DNA of 43,030 nucleotides from Dehalococcoidia bacterium (lineage in GTDB: Bacteria; Chloroflexota; Dehalococcoidia; GIF9; AB-539-J10), in NCBI GenBank assembly GCA_034414335.1, contig DAOUMB010000004.1:1-43030 (forward strand), in the 5' to 3' direction. The stretch's first letter is position 1, and every line of letters begins with the position of its first letter. A program made the position numbers and the translations under genes. Under the pieces are notes generated by a model. That model saw only the letters and a list, made by a program, of their open reading frames with translations, was not told the origin of the DNA and did no database searches. Of the stretch, positions 1-9,227 are shown piece by piece.

Positions 1-837
1 CCTGTCACCAAGGTTGACGAATTCCATAGGCACTGGGTTCTCTCTGGCTACCGTTTGAGCAACTCGGCTGCCCAGGCCACCCTGGGCTAAGTGCTCCTCA
101 GCGACGACAATTCCCTGGGTCTCTGAAGCTGCTCTGATTATGGCTATATCATCCAGAGGTTTGAGGGTATGCATGTTGACTACCCGGCAATCTATGCCTT
201 GTCTGGCTAGGACATCTGCTGCCTCCAGAGCCTTGGCGACCATGATGCCCATGGCTATAATGGTAGCATCCCTGCCTTGTCTCATGGTCACTGCCTTACC
301 TAATGTGAGGTGATAGTCCTCGGGGTAAACAAGCGGTGTTTTAGGGCGGCTTAATCTGACGTAGAAAGGCCCACGGGTATTTGCAGCCATCCTTACTGCT
401 TCAGCAGCCTCTACGGCATCGGCGGGAACAACAACAGTGAAGCCAGGGAGAGCACAGTACAAGGCTAAATCCTCAATGGCATGGTGGGAGGTACCATCTT
501 CGCCAACAGTGATGCCTCCGTGGGTGGCGACAATTTTGACATTTAGTTCTGGTTGCGAAAGGCAGATCCTTAGCTGGTCAAAACAGCGGCATGAAGCGAA
601 GATGGCAAAAGTGCTGGCAAAAACGGTCTTTCCCGAAGCAGCTAATCCAGCAGCTATGCCAACCATGTTTTGTTCTTCTAGGCCGCAATCGAAGAAGCGG
701 TCAGGAAACTCCTGGGCAAAGAAACTGGTCATTGTCGAGGGCGATAAATCAGCGTCCAGAACAACAATGTCTTTGTTTTGTTTGCCTATCTCTACCAGAG
801 TCCTGCCATAAGTTTCCCGGGTAGACGCTTCAGCCAT
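1..837 (-). CDS. Transketolase C-terminal subunit (pyrimidine-binding plus C-terminal domains); the 3' end runs off the window
   Basis: Absent from the ORF track because it is open at the window edge. Hand translation of the minus strand from ATG 837 gives MAEASTRETYGRTLVEIGKQNKDIVVLDADLSPSTMTSFF..FFDCGLEEQNMVGIAAGLAASGK..THGGITVGEDGTSHHAIEDLAL..RLSRPKTP. The start lies 2 nt after the stop of the N-terminal subunit gene. Plus-strand ORFs 437..811 and 591..824 are antisense artefacts. Confidence 0.85.
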   Translation of the reverse strand, partial: MAEASTRETYGRTLVEIGKQNKDIVVLDADLSPSTMTSFFAQEFPDRFFDCGLEEQNMVGIAAGLAASGKTVFASTFAIFASCRCFDQLRICLSQPELNVKIVATHGGITVGEDGTSHHAIEDLALYCALPGFTVVVPADAVEAAEAVRMAANTRGPFYVRLSRPKTPLVYPEDYHLTLGKAVTMRQGRDATIIAMGIMVAKALEAADVLARQGIDCRVVNMHTLKPLDDIAIIRAASETQGIVVAEEHLAQGGLGSRVAQTVARENPVPMEFVNLGDR

Positions 838-839
838 GC

Positions 840-1706
840 TTACTCCAACTCCTTCAGTGCCCTTTCGGCTTCTTCCCAGCTAGGTGCCTTGCCGTGAAAT
901 GCCACATTGTTCTCCATGAAGCTAACCCCTTTGCCTTTGATAGTGTGGGCGACAATGACGGTAGGTGTGCCCTTTACCTTTTTTGCCTCCTGGAGAGCGG
1001 ACAGGATTTGGTCAAAGTGGTGGCCGTCTATGTCAATGGTATGCCAGCCAAAGGCTTGCCATTTTTGGGTAAGGGGCTCAAGGTTCATAACGTCTCGGGT
1101 CCAGCCGCTGAGCTGCATACCATTGCGATCAACTATAGCGGTCAGCTTATCCAGTTTAAAATGGGCAGCTGATAAGGCTGCCTCCCAGGTTTGTCCCTCC
1201 TCGCATTCCCCGTCACCCAGGAGAACATAGGTCCGATAAGCTTTGGAATCCAGCCTTGCGGCTAGGGCAACTCCAATGGCAAAGGATAAACCCATGCCTA
1301 AAGAACCAGATGACATTTCTACCCCTGGAGTGAGCTTGCAGTCAGCGTGTCCCTGGAGGCAGCTATCCAGCTTCCTCAATGTTGCCAACTCTGCCACAGG
1401 AAAGTAGCCAGTTTCGGCTAGGGCAGCGTATAAAATCGGAGCAGCATGTCCCTTGCTCAATATGAATCGGTCACGGTCTTGCCACTGAGGATTTTCGGGG
1501 TTATGGCGCAAGACCTTGAAATAAAGCGCAGTGATGATATCGGCTGCTGATAGAGAGCCGCCAGGGTGCCCACTGCCTGCCGTGGCTATCATGGTGATTA
1601 CGTGACGGCGTAGCTTTTTAGCCATTTCCTTTAGCTCTGCCGTGGACAGGTTGAATTTGTTGCTTAAAGAGGCGCTTTCGGGTGATGCTTCAGTATGATT
1701 TGGCAT
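840..1706 (-). CDS. Transketolase N-terminal (thiamine-diphosphate-binding) subunit
   Basis: 288 aa with GSGHPGGSLSAADI, ILSKGHAAP and LLGDGECEEGQTWEA motifs typical of the TPP-binding half of a split transketolase. Directly followed by the C-terminal subunit gene. Confidence 0.9.
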   Translation of the reverse strand: MPNHTEASPESASLSNKFNLSTAELKEMAKKLRRHVITMIATAGSGHPGGSLSAADIITALYFKVLRHNPENPQWQDRDRFILSKGHAAPILYAALAETGYFPVAELATLRKLDSCLQGHADCKLTPGVEMSSGSLGMGLSFAIGVALAARLDSKAYRTYVLLGDGECEEGQTWEAALSAAHFKLDKLTAIVDRNGMQLSGWTRDVMNLEPLTQKWQAFGWHTIDIDGHHFDQILSALQEAKKVKGTPTVIVAHTIKGKGVSFMENNVAFHGKAPSWEEAERALKELE

Positions 1707-1830
1707 TCTTCGTTGTGGGTTAAATTGTAACGCAGGACGGCTTATAAAGTCTACGATGTTTTATACCAACTTGGCTAATTCTTAGGATTTGGATTTTAGT
1801 ATTTTTAATCGTTTGGGTATAATGCCTTAA

Positions 1831-2694
1831 GTGATTATAGATTTTCACACTCATATATTTCCCCCCTGGCTAAAGGACAGACGGGATGAATATATCAATC
1901 GCGATCCTTGCTTTTCTTTGCTTTATTCCCAGCCGAAAGCCAAGATGGCAACGGCTGAAGAAGTAGTTGCCAGTATGGATGAAGCCGGGATTGATTTGTC
2001 CGTAGTTCTTAACGCTGGCTGGGTAAGCCATGAACTTTGTGTGGAAACAAACGATTACATTTTAGATTCTATATCGCGCTATCCTGAAAGGCTTGTTGGC
2101 TTTTGTGCTATTCAACCCAAGGCCGGAGATGCTGCTATAGCTGAGCTAGAGCGCTGTGCTAAGGCAGGGGCTAAAGGAATTGGTGAATTGAGGTCTGATA
2201 CGCAGGGCTTCGATCTCACCGATGAAGCAATGCTGAAGCCTATAGTTGATGCAATGTTAGAGCATGACTTAATTTTTCTGACACACTCTTCTGAGCCTGT
2301 AGGGCATGAGTACTTTGGCAAGGGCAGTATCACCCCTGACATCCTCTACTCCTTTATAATGGGTTTCCCAAATTTAAAGCTTGTTTGTGCTCACTGGGGT
2401 GGTGGCTTGCCCTTATATGCCTTAATGCCTGAAGTAGCCAAGGCTCTCGACAATGTCTTCTTTGATACCGCGGCCACAGTTTTCCTTTATAAGCCCCAGA
2501 TTTTTGAGCAGGTGAGTCAGATCATCGGCAGTGACAAAATCCTTTTTGGTACTGACTATCCTCTTATGCATCAGAATCGAGTAATTGCCCAAATCCAGTC
2601 TTCACGGCTTCCTGAAGAGGATAAGGCTAGAATCTTGGGGGCTAACGCCCAAAAACTGCTATGCAGGGATGGAAGGAGCAGAAGTGCCACATAA
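1831..2694 (+). CDS. Amidohydrolase-family metal-dependent hydrolase (TIM barrel)
   Basis: N-terminus MIIDFHTHIFPP (HxH metal motif), internal FLTHSSEP and C-terminal FGTDYPL. GTG start. Confidence 0.75.
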   Translation: MIIDFHTHIFPPWLKDRRDEYINRDPCFSLLYSQPKAKMATAEEVVASMDEAGIDLSVVLNAGWVSHELCVETNDYILDSISRYPERLVGFCAIQPKAGDAAIAELERCAKAGAKGIGELRSDTQGFDLTDEAMLKPIVDAMLEHDLIFLTHSSEPVGHEYFGKGSITPDILYSFIMGFPNLKLVCAHWGGGLPLYALMPEVAKALDNVFFDTAATVFLYKPQIFEQVSQIIGSDKILFGTDYPLMHQNRVIAQIQSSRLPEEDKARILGANAQKLLCRDGRSRSAT

Positions 2695-3277
2695 TTCTGC
2701 GGAAATCCGTTCCTTCATTGCTATTGAACTGCCCGAGGAGGTCAGGGAGGGATTAGCCAGGCTGAGAAGTGGATTAGAGAGAGATGAACATAGGTTTGTC
2801 AAGTGGGTAGAGCCCGGGGGGATTCACCTAACTTTAAAGTTCCTGGGCAATATTCCTTTTAAGCGGGTAACAGAGATAACTAAAGCTATAGAAGAAGCTG
2901 CACAAGGGATTTCTCCATTCCATTTGGAGATTTCGGGCATTGGGGCTTTCCCTAATCTGAAGCAAGTTCGGGTGTTTTGGGTCGGCGTTTCTGGGGAGGT
3001 GGACAAGCTGTCGATGTTACAACAAAACATGGATTCTGTGCTCGGTGCCTTGGGATTTGCTAAGGAAGAACGCTCTTTCGTGCCACATTTGACTCTGGCT
3101 CGTATCAGGCAGGGAGCATCACCTTCGGAAAGAAGGAGCTTTGGCGACCTTGTGGGCTCTACCATCTTTGAGGATAAATATCATATTAAAGTGAATGCTA
3201 TTAGCTTAATGAAAAGTCAGTTAACACCTGCCGGGGCTATTTATACCTGCCTGTCGGTAGTTGGGCTGGGTCACTAG
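2669..3277 (+). CDS. thpR: RNA 2',3'-cyclic phosphodiesterase / 2'-5' RNA ligase family (2H phosphoesterase)
   Basis: Two HxTx motifs (HLTLKFLG and HLTLARI) at the expected spacing. The start is trimmed to the internal ATG (MEGAEV...) because the track start at 2585 would overlap the amidohydrolase by more than 100 nt. Confidence 0.8.
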   Translation: MEGAEVPHNSAEIRSFIAIELPEEVREGLARLRSGLERDEHRFVKWVEPGGIHLTLKFLGNIPFKRVTEITKAIEEAAQGISPFHLEISGIGAFPNLKQVRVFWVGVSGEVDKLSMLQQNMDSVLGALGFAKEERSFVPHLTLARIRQGASPSERRSFGDLVGSTIFEDKYHIKVNAISLMKSQLTPAGAIYTCLSVVGLGH

Positions 3278-3291
3278 ACCAAAGTTCTGCC

Positions 3292-4668
3292 ATGGCCACG
3301 ATCTTATCTCATATTATGAATTCTAAGAGCGTTGCCATAATCGGCGTTTCGAGCAACCCCGAGAAGGCAGCTTCACCCATCATGAAGAACATGCTCGACT
3401 TTGGCTTTAAGGGTAAGGTTTATCCTATTAATCCAAGATTAGATAGCTTTATGGGCTTACCTGTGTATACCAGTATCAAAGATATTGCGGGGGAAGTTGA
3501 TTTAGCTATCATCTCCACAGCGCCAAAGACTGTACCAAATATCTTGAAGGAGTGTGTTGAGAAGGGGGTGAGGGCAGCAATTGTTAACTCGGAAGGATTT
3601 GCTGAGGTTGGTGGGGAGGGGAAGAAGCTTCAACAGGAAGTGGCAAATATTGTGAAGTCCACCGGGATCAGAGTTCTTGGCCCCAACACTATGGGCGTCG
3701 TTTGCCCTGCCACCAAGCTGTCCACCTCAATTGCGGATTTAAGAGAAGTTGTGGAAGGGAATGTAGGTCTTATAGCCCAAAGTGGGCTCTTTGCTGGAGG
3801 GTTGCTGAGGCATATTGCTCATTTCGAATATTTTGGCTTGAGCAGTGCAATAAGCCTGGGTAATAAGGTTGATATTGATGAATCGGATGCCCTGGAATTT
3901 CTAGCTGACGATGATAGAACTGAAGTCGTTGCTCTATATCTTGAAGGCATAAAGGACGGCAGGAGATTTATTCAAACGGCCAGGATGGCTAGTTCCCGGA
4001 AGCCCGTAATTCTGGTGAAGGGAGGAAGAACCTCGCGGGGAGCTGAAGCAGCGCTTTCTCACACGGCAAGTCTGGCATCCAACAGCAAGATTTTCGAAGC
4101 GGCCTTAAAGCAGACAGGTATAGTAGAGGCCGATGATTTCCGTGACTTAATAGATACGACGAGAGCCTTTGCTTTCCAACCATTGCCCAAAGGAAACCGG
4201 GTAGCTATATTAACCAACAGTGGAGCTTGCGGGATTGTAGCGGTAGATTATTGTAGCAGTCACGATTTAGAGATAGCCAATTTCAAACCTGAAACCACAG
4301 CAAGGCTATTAGAGTTGATGGGAGAGAATTCCAAGGTACGTAATCCTGTGGATACATTCCCTGCTGGGATGAAATACGGGCGTGCGAAAGTATATGAGAT
4401 CTCCTTGGATGCTGTGCTGGAGGACGAAGGAGTTGATGCAGCCATCGTTATTGTCTTTGTAATAGGAGATATCACGCCAGATTGTATAATAGCACCGGCA
4501 AGGAGACACCCTGGGAAACCCGTGTTAGTAGCTAGTTATGGGTTATTGGAAGATGGAGCTAAGAGAATCCTGAATAAGGCGCGGATTCCTGACTATACCT
4601 TTGCTGAGCCAGCTATCTTGGCTCTATCACGTATGTATAAATATGCGGCATATGAAAAGGGTTTATAA
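3292..4668 (+). CDS. CoA-binding / ADP-forming acyl-CoA synthetase alpha-like protein
   Basis: 458 aa. N-terminal CoA-binding Rossmann (SVAIIGVSSNPEKAASPIMKN...YPINP), then succinyl-CoA-ligase-like segments (GPNTMGV, GLIAQSG, SLGNKVD, HTASLA). No ATP-grasp beta partner is adjacent. Confidence 0.7.
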   Translation: MATILSHIMNSKSVAIIGVSSNPEKAASPIMKNMLDFGFKGKVYPINPRLDSFMGLPVYTSIKDIAGEVDLAIISTAPKTVPNILKECVEKGVRAAIVNSEGFAEVGGEGKKLQQEVANIVKSTGIRVLGPNTMGVVCPATKLSTSIADLREVVEGNVGLIAQSGLFAGGLLRHIAHFEYFGLSSAISLGNKVDIDESDALEFLADDDRTEVVALYLEGIKDGRRFIQTARMASSRKPVILVKGGRTSRGAEAALSHTASLASNSKIFEAALKQTGIVEADDFRDLIDTTRAFAFQPLPKGNRVAILTNSGACGIVAVDYCSSHDLEIANFKPETTARLLELMGENSKVRNPVDTFPAGMKYGRAKVYEISLDAVLEDEGVDAAIVIVFVIGDITPDCIIAPARRHPGKPVLVASYGLLEDGAKRILNKARIPDYTFAEPAILALSRMYKYAAYEKGL

Positions 4669-4856
4669 GTGACGGCGAGAAACCTGCACAGAGGAAAGGA
4701 TAAAGGCAAATTCAAGTATGTGAAATGATAAAAGAGCCTCACCCCAATGCAATGTCGGTCGGTTCTGCCCAAAGTAGCTATACCTATTTAGTGGTACTGG
4801 TACTGAAATTTATCTGAAGAAAATCTCAAAATCTGGGGCTAAGGAGGGAAATTTGC

Positions 4857-4885
4857 TTGCAAATAAATTGTTTTTGGTATATACT
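4857..4885 (+). promoter_or_regulatory. Putative sigma-70 type promoter (TTGCAA, 17 nt, TATACT) upstream of the zinc-ribbon/comF/hpf genes
   Basis: TTGCAA at 4857-4862 and TATACT at 4880-4885 with a 17-nt spacer, in an AT-rich intergenic stretch about 40 nt before the next start codon. Confidence 0.35.
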
Positions 4886-4925
4886 TAGTCCTTTTGATAC
4901 ATGGTAAATAAATTTAATTGGGGAG

Positions 4926-5159
4926 GTGGGATCCTTGGAAAACGATTCATTACCTAAGTGCCAAAAATGTGGAAAGGGGGATTTAGTGCCTCTATCTGAC
5001 TTTGGTAGTCAGGGGGCACCGATTCACTACAAGGCATGGGTGTGCACCAATCCTGATTGTGGTTACAATATCAAAATCAGGAACGGTGAAGTATATCTTA
5101 ATGAGCCTATTCTAAATGGAGCACTCCATGCTCGCTCACACCGAGAATATACTCCTTAG
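4926..5159 (+). CDS. Small zinc-ribbon protein (hypothetical)
   Basis: Two CxxC pairs (CQKCGKG ... CTNPDCGYN). GGAGGTG lies just upstream; the true start may be the in-frame TTG at 4935 rather than GTG 4926. Confidence 0.45.
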   Translation: MGSLENDSLPKCQKCGKGDLVPLSDFGSQGAPIHYKAWVCTNPDCGYNIKIRNGEVYLNEPILNGALHARSHREYTP

Positions 5160-5167
5160 TAGAGGAT

Positions 5168-5866
5168 TTGCTTCGCTTAGGCAAATTAGCTGGGCTGACG
5201 GTTGATTCCTTTTTTCCACAGCGCTGTGTTGGCTGTGGGAAAGTAGGTAGTTTTCTTTGTCCTGATTGTCTTAGAAAACTGCCAAGGCTGGTAGTTCCGC
5301 TTTGCCCCAAGTGTGGTAGGCCTCAGGCTAGCGGTATTGTATGTCCAAGCTGTAGGCAAAGGCAAATTGATATTGACGGCATCCGTTCTCTATTTCGTTT
5401 TGACGAAGTGGTACGAAAAGCCATTCATCAGCTAAAGTATCGAAATCTGAAGGCAATCTCTCCCTGTTTGGCTGAATTACTAGCTGATTATCTTAGGTCA
5501 AATCCTTTGCCTGGTGAAGCCTTGGTTTCCGTACCTCTTCACCCACGGCGATTGAGGGAGAGGGGTTATAATCAGTCGAACCTTCTCGCCAGGGAGTTAG
5601 CTAGGCGCATTGAATTGCCGGTGTTCGATGATTGCCTCATTCGGGTTAAGCAAGCACGACCTCAAACAAGAGCAGCTGATGTGGAGGAGCGCCGGAGAAA
5701 TGTCGCCGATGCCTTTGTGTGTCGTGAAGAAAAAGTAGGTGGTAAACAAATTATCCTTATTGATGATGTATGTACCTCTGGAGCCACGCTGGAGTCCTGT
5801 GCTGCGGCTCTCAAGAACAAAGGTGCTATGACTGTTTGGGGCTTAACTTTGGCAAGGGAGATTTGA
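5168..5866 (+). CDS. comF: ComF-family protein (phosphoribosyltransferase fold with N-terminal zinc finger)
   Basis: N-terminal CxxC..CxxC..CxxC..CxxC, then YNQS and the PRTase loop ILIDDVCTSGATL. Sits in the usual position upstream of hpf. TTG start. Confidence 0.75.
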   Translation: MLRLGKLAGLTVDSFFPQRCVGCGKVGSFLCPDCLRKLPRLVVPLCPKCGRPQASGIVCPSCRQRQIDIDGIRSLFRFDEVVRKAIHQLKYRNLKAISPCLAELLADYLRSNPLPGEALVSVPLHPRRLRERGYNQSNLLARELARRIELPVFDDCLIRVKQARPQTRAADVEERRRNVADAFVCREEKVGGKQIILIDDVCTSGATLESCAAALKNKGAMTVWGLTLAREI

Positions 5867-5882
5867 AACCGAAGGAGGGAAA

Positions 5883-6431
5883 ATGGAGCTACAGATTATT
5901 GCTAAGAATAATGTGGAGATCTCTGAAACAATACAGGCATATGTTGAAAAGAAGATTGGCAAGCTAGGTCGTTACTTACCTAGTATCGGTGAAGGCAAGG
6001 TGGAGATTTCCCGGGAAGGCGCAAAGATGCCTGAGCAGCGGTTTACTGTCCAGGTTACTCTTGACAGCAAAGGTGTCTTAATTAGGGCTCAGGAGAAGTC
6101 TAAGGATATTCGCACAGCCATTGACAAGGTGGCGAATGTGCTATCTAAGCGAATCGAGCGGTACAAAGGCAAGTTGTATGACAAAGGCAGAGGTATTTCT
6201 TTTGCTCGGCAAGGAGCGGCAATCGAGGCGGAGGAAATCGAAGCCCCCCAAAGAGTAGTAAAGAGTAAGCGCTTCCTAGTCAAACCCATGCCTGTAGATG
6301 AAGCTATAAACCAGATGGAGCTTCTGGGTCATGATTTCTTCCTTTTCATAGACGCCGATAGTGAGCGGCTCAATCTGCTATACCGTCGCCAGAATGGCGA
6401 CTACGGCCTAATCGAGCCGGAGAAAGGGTGA
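5883..6431 (+). CDS. hpf: Ribosome hibernation promoting factor, long form
   Basis: 182 aa. N-terminal sigma-54-modulation/S30AE domain plus the C-terminal dimerisation domain (KPMPVDEAINQMELLGHDFFLF...YRRQNGDYGLIEP). AAGGAGGG ribosome-binding site. Confidence 0.9.
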   Translation: MELQIIAKNNVEISETIQAYVEKKIGKLGRYLPSIGEGKVEISREGAKMPEQRFTVQVTLDSKGVLIRAQEKSKDIRTAIDKVANVLSKRIERYKGKLYDKGRGISFARQGAAIEAEEIEAPQRVVKSKRFLVKPMPVDEAINQMELLGHDFFLFIDADSERLNLLYRRQNGDYGLIEPEKG

Positions 6432-6558
6432 CGAAATTAACCGCCACTCTTGGCTGGGGTTAGCTTCACCGCTCTAAATAGATAGTCCAAGCCAATCTAT
6501 AAGCATATTTCTAAAATTATATTTACGGCAGGGGAGAGCTGTACTTTCAAGAATAAAG

Positions 6559-7368
6559 ATGATAAACATGTATAAAAGGCAGGCAGTGTTACTCCTGGGC
6601 TTAGCTCTTTTATTAACTAGCTCTACCATGGCTTGTGCAGGGCCCATACCTTCGTCACCTCCTATTATCACAGTTGGCCCAGCAAGCTTTAGCTTCAGTG
6701 CCCAGCAGAGTGGGACAAACCCAGCAGCTCAGACATTAAGCTTATGGAATTCTGGAACTGGGATATTAACTTGGTCTGCTACTGATAGTGCCGATTGGCT
6801 TATCCTGAGCCCGACTAACGGCAGCTCAGTGGGAGAGACAGATAACATTGCGCTTTCGGTGGACATATCAGGGATGAACGCCGGCAGCTATGCAGCGCTT
6901 GTTACTATCTCTGTTCCAGGAGCTGCTAATACTCCCCAGACAGTAGTAGTAAACCTGACTATCAATCCGCCAGTAGAGGAAGAAGAGGGGAAGGTAGAAG
7001 GGGAGAGCGTAGAAGAAAGGGAAGTAGAAGAAGAGGTGATTGGTGCCTTAGACACCGAGAGCCTTTTGAATATCGGCTACAACCATCCTGGGAAAGTAGT
7101 TACAGTGGAAGGCGTTATAGTGGGAACATACTATGCCCAAAAATCCAAGGGGAAACCAACCTTTTTAGACTTCCATGACCCCTATGAAGGATATTTCATA
7201 TGTATAATTTGGGAAGAAGATAGACAGGGTTTTATAGAGGAATTTCCGCCCAATCCTGAAAGCTATTTCTTGGATAGGAAGGTAGGGGTAGAAGGTACGA
7301 TTGATATCTATGAGGGGGCACCAGAAATTGTCTTACGTGACCCGTCACAGATTCGGGTTGTGGAATAA
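6559..7368 (+). CDS. Secreted protein: signal peptide, Ig/BACON-like beta domain, Glu-rich linker, C-terminal OB-fold-like domain
   Basis: The signal peptide ends ..STMACAG. A WxxxSxxDWL-type segment (LSLWNSGTGILTWSATDSADWLILSPTNGS) is followed by the acidic linker PPVEEEEGKVEGESVEEREVEEEV. The C-terminal VVTVEGVIVGTYY...VGVEGTIDIYEGAPEIVL resembles nuclease-associated OB folds. Domain names are recalled from memory only. Confidence 0.55.
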   Translation: MINMYKRQAVLLLGLALLLTSSTMACAGPIPSSPPIITVGPASFSFSAQQSGTNPAAQTLSLWNSGTGILTWSATDSADWLILSPTNGSSVGETDNIALSVDISGMNAGSYAALVTISVPGAANTPQTVVVNLTINPPVEEEEGKVEGESVEEREVEEEVIGALDTESLLNIGYNHPGKVVTVEGVIVGTYYAQKSKGKPTFLDFHDPYEGYFICIIWEEDRQGFIEEFPPNPESYFLDRKVGVEGTIDIYEGAPEIVLRDPSQIRVVE

Positions 7369-7804
7369 AGGGCGGCTAGCAGTCGCCCTTGCCCTGATCT
7401 TAACTCTCTTGGCCTCGGGCTGTGGTAGAGTCACCGAGGGCACAGCCATTGTCACCCGAGTTATCGATGGGGATACCATAGAAATCGAAGGTGGTTACTG
7501 TGTAAGGTATATCGGTATTGATGCTCCGGAGAAAGATGAGTCTTATTTTTGGGAGGCGCTTCAGGCTAATCGCGATTTGGTCGAGGGTAAAAGGGTTTGG
7601 CTGGAAGGAGATGTTGAGGATAGAGATAGCTATGATCGCCTACTTAGATATGTGTGGGTTGATAACACGATGGTTAATGCCGAGCTCGTCAGGCTAGGCT
7701 ATGCTTATTCTTATTCCTATCCGCCAAATGTCAAATACCAGACCTATTTGCTGCAAATGGAGAAGCAGGCACGGGAGCATAAGCGGGGATTATGGGGTGG
7801 TTGA
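7358..7804 (+). CDS. nuc: Thermonuclease (SNase-like) lipoprotein
   Basis: Lipobox LLASGC followed by VIDGDTIE...VRYIGIDAPE...DRYDRLLRYVW...NAELVRLGYA...REHKRGLW. The start is set at in-frame TTG 7358, which gives a plausible signal peptide; track start 7301 overlaps the upstream gene. Confidence 0.75.
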   Translation: MWNKGRLAVALALILTLLASGCGRVTEGTAIVTRVIDGDTIEIEGGYCVRYIGIDAPEKDESYFWEALQANRDLVEGKRVWLEGDVEDRDSYDRLLRYVWVDNTMVNAELVRLGYAYSYSYPPNVKYQTYLLQMEKQAREHKRGLWGG

Positions 7805-7967
7805 GCTACGAGAAGGCACGTCTATGCTAATCAAAGCTAAGGAAAGACATGGTGGGCGTTTGAAAACAGTTCCCGAACTATTGTTTGAGAATAAGAGACT
7901 GATACCGGCGCTACAGCAGTTGCTTAAGTACATCGTTTCTGGGCAGGGCTATAGCACTGCTTATGAA

Positions 7968-8477
7968 TTACTTTGGTAATAAGCCTGCTGCAACCTCTAT
8001 CATTTTATTAACGCTTTCTTGTAAAGTATTTATGCTATTGGGCACATCACTTTCTTTAGTCTTACCTTCGAACTCTTGCCCGAGAAGTACTATATGTCTC
8101 GCGAGGTCGTCACTAACGGTCTTCATAGCGCTCTGCATGCTAGCACCGAGTTCCTTGGCAGCATTTTTCAGATAGGCATATTTTACTGCGACGATTTTGT
8201 ATTCATATTCATTTTTAAGAGCCAAAACGCGCCGCTTATTGTCTCCCGTGAGTTTTAATACGACAATCAATTCTTCTAGATTGGGCACAAAACTGCATCT
8301 TCTTATTGATTCTCCCCAGTCGATGATTTCTTTTAATGGTCTTTCTTTTCTTTCCTTTTGCCTTATATCGCTATTTTGCTTAATAATTCTCCAGGTAAAA
8401 ATAGCAAGAACGACGGTTGCAATAGCCAATAGAATAGTGCCAATTGCTGTCCAATCCCATGCTACTAGAGAATCCAT
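7968..8477 (-). CDS. Hypothetical membrane-anchored helical protein
   Basis: 169 aa with one N-terminal TM helix (WTAIGTILLAIATVVLAIFTW) and a charged helical remainder. No recognisable motif. A TATAAT lies upstream on the minus strand. Confidence 0.45.
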   Translation of the reverse strand: MDSLVAWDWTAIGTILLAIATVVLAIFTWRIIKQNSDIRQKERKERPLKEIIDWGESIRRCSFVPNLEELIVVLKLTGDNKRRVLALKNEYEYKIVAVKYAYLKNAAKELGASMQSAMKTVSDDLARHIVLLGQEFEGKTKESDVPNSINTLQESVNKMIEVAAGLLPK

Positions 8478-8696
8478 GCTTCTTATCGTAGCATGAGATT
8501 ATATTTAAATAAATACATGGTAAGCTGCAGATTTTAAGCAGCTATGTACTACTGGGCGTGAAACTGTTATCCAACTTGATGTTGGAGCTGATCCGATTCG
8601 AGCCCACCACCTTCTGATTGCTGGCTATTCCTTGTGTAAGCATGCTGGCACAAATATTGGTCAGCGCCGTAAAATCCTCATAAGTTTCTGAGAGGT

Positions 8697-9206
8697 TCAT
8701 TTAACCTTGATTAACCAACCAGTTTCATAGCAAGTTAAATCAGGCTGAGATCTGCGTTGAGTTTTATCTTCGGGTTTAACCGCTCGGGCCTCCTCAAATT
8801 TAGCTGCCATATCAGGATGCATAAGAGATCGCCCCACATCATTAAATTTGGTTAAGACTTTATCCTTGAATGCACCAAATGTGGGTTCGTATACAAGGAC
8901 ATGGTCACCGTGCCTGTATCCTTGCTCCCAAAGCAAATCTTCCAGCTTTATTTCCCTTTCTTCGGTCGTGATGTAATCGTCTAACGCTTGTCGCTGAGGG
9001 GCATCAAGCTCGTCATAGTGTTGCCAATGATACGCAAGTTTTACTCTTATTTCTTTTGTCAGTTGTCTTTCTAGCCTTTTCCTATCCCAACGTTGTCGGA
9101 GGCTTTCAGCTTGCCAGACTATTTCTGGCTTTGCCTTGTTGATCATCTTATAAAGGCGGTTTCTTGGATCAGATTGTCTATCTGTTTTCGGCTGCTTTTG
9201 AGCCAT
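8697..9206 (-). CDS. Hypothetical protein, basic and charged, no recognised domain
   Basis: 169-aa ORF starting 21 nt after the PfkB kinase stop on the same strand. No motif recognised. Confidence 0.45.
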   Translation of the reverse strand: MAQKQPKTDRQSDPRNRLYKMINKAKPEIVWQAESLRQRWDRKRLERQLTKEIRVKLAYHWQHYDELDAPQRQALDDYITTEEREIKLEDLLWEQGYRHGDHVLVYEPTFGAFKDKVLTKFNDVGRSLMHPDMAAKFEEARAVKPEDKTQRRSQPDLTCYETGWLIKVK

Positions 9207-9227
9207 TTCTATCTCAGTGGAGCTGGT

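Noticed and set aside
437-824. Plus-strand ORFs 437..811 and 591..824
   Set aside because: They lie antisense to a clearly recognisable transketolase C-terminal subunit gene and have no motifs or ribosome-binding site.
6961-7045. Purine-rich low-complexity DNA (gaagaagagg...gtagaagaagagg)
   Set aside because: It is explained by the Glu-rich interdomain linker of the secreted protein and is not an independent repeat element.
8560-8625. tRNA-like fragment (ccaac-ttgat-gttgg hairpin followed by gattcgagccc...acc), possibly an integration att site
   Set aside because: No cloverleaf can be drawn: the loop is 5 nt and the T-stem halves are not complementary. No integrase is nearby.
9217-9226. 10-mer gtggagctgg shared between the PfkB/169-aa gene junction and the 5' end of repeat copy A
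   Set aside because: The match does not extend beyond 10-11 nt, and a chance occurrence at this length in 43 kb is plausible.
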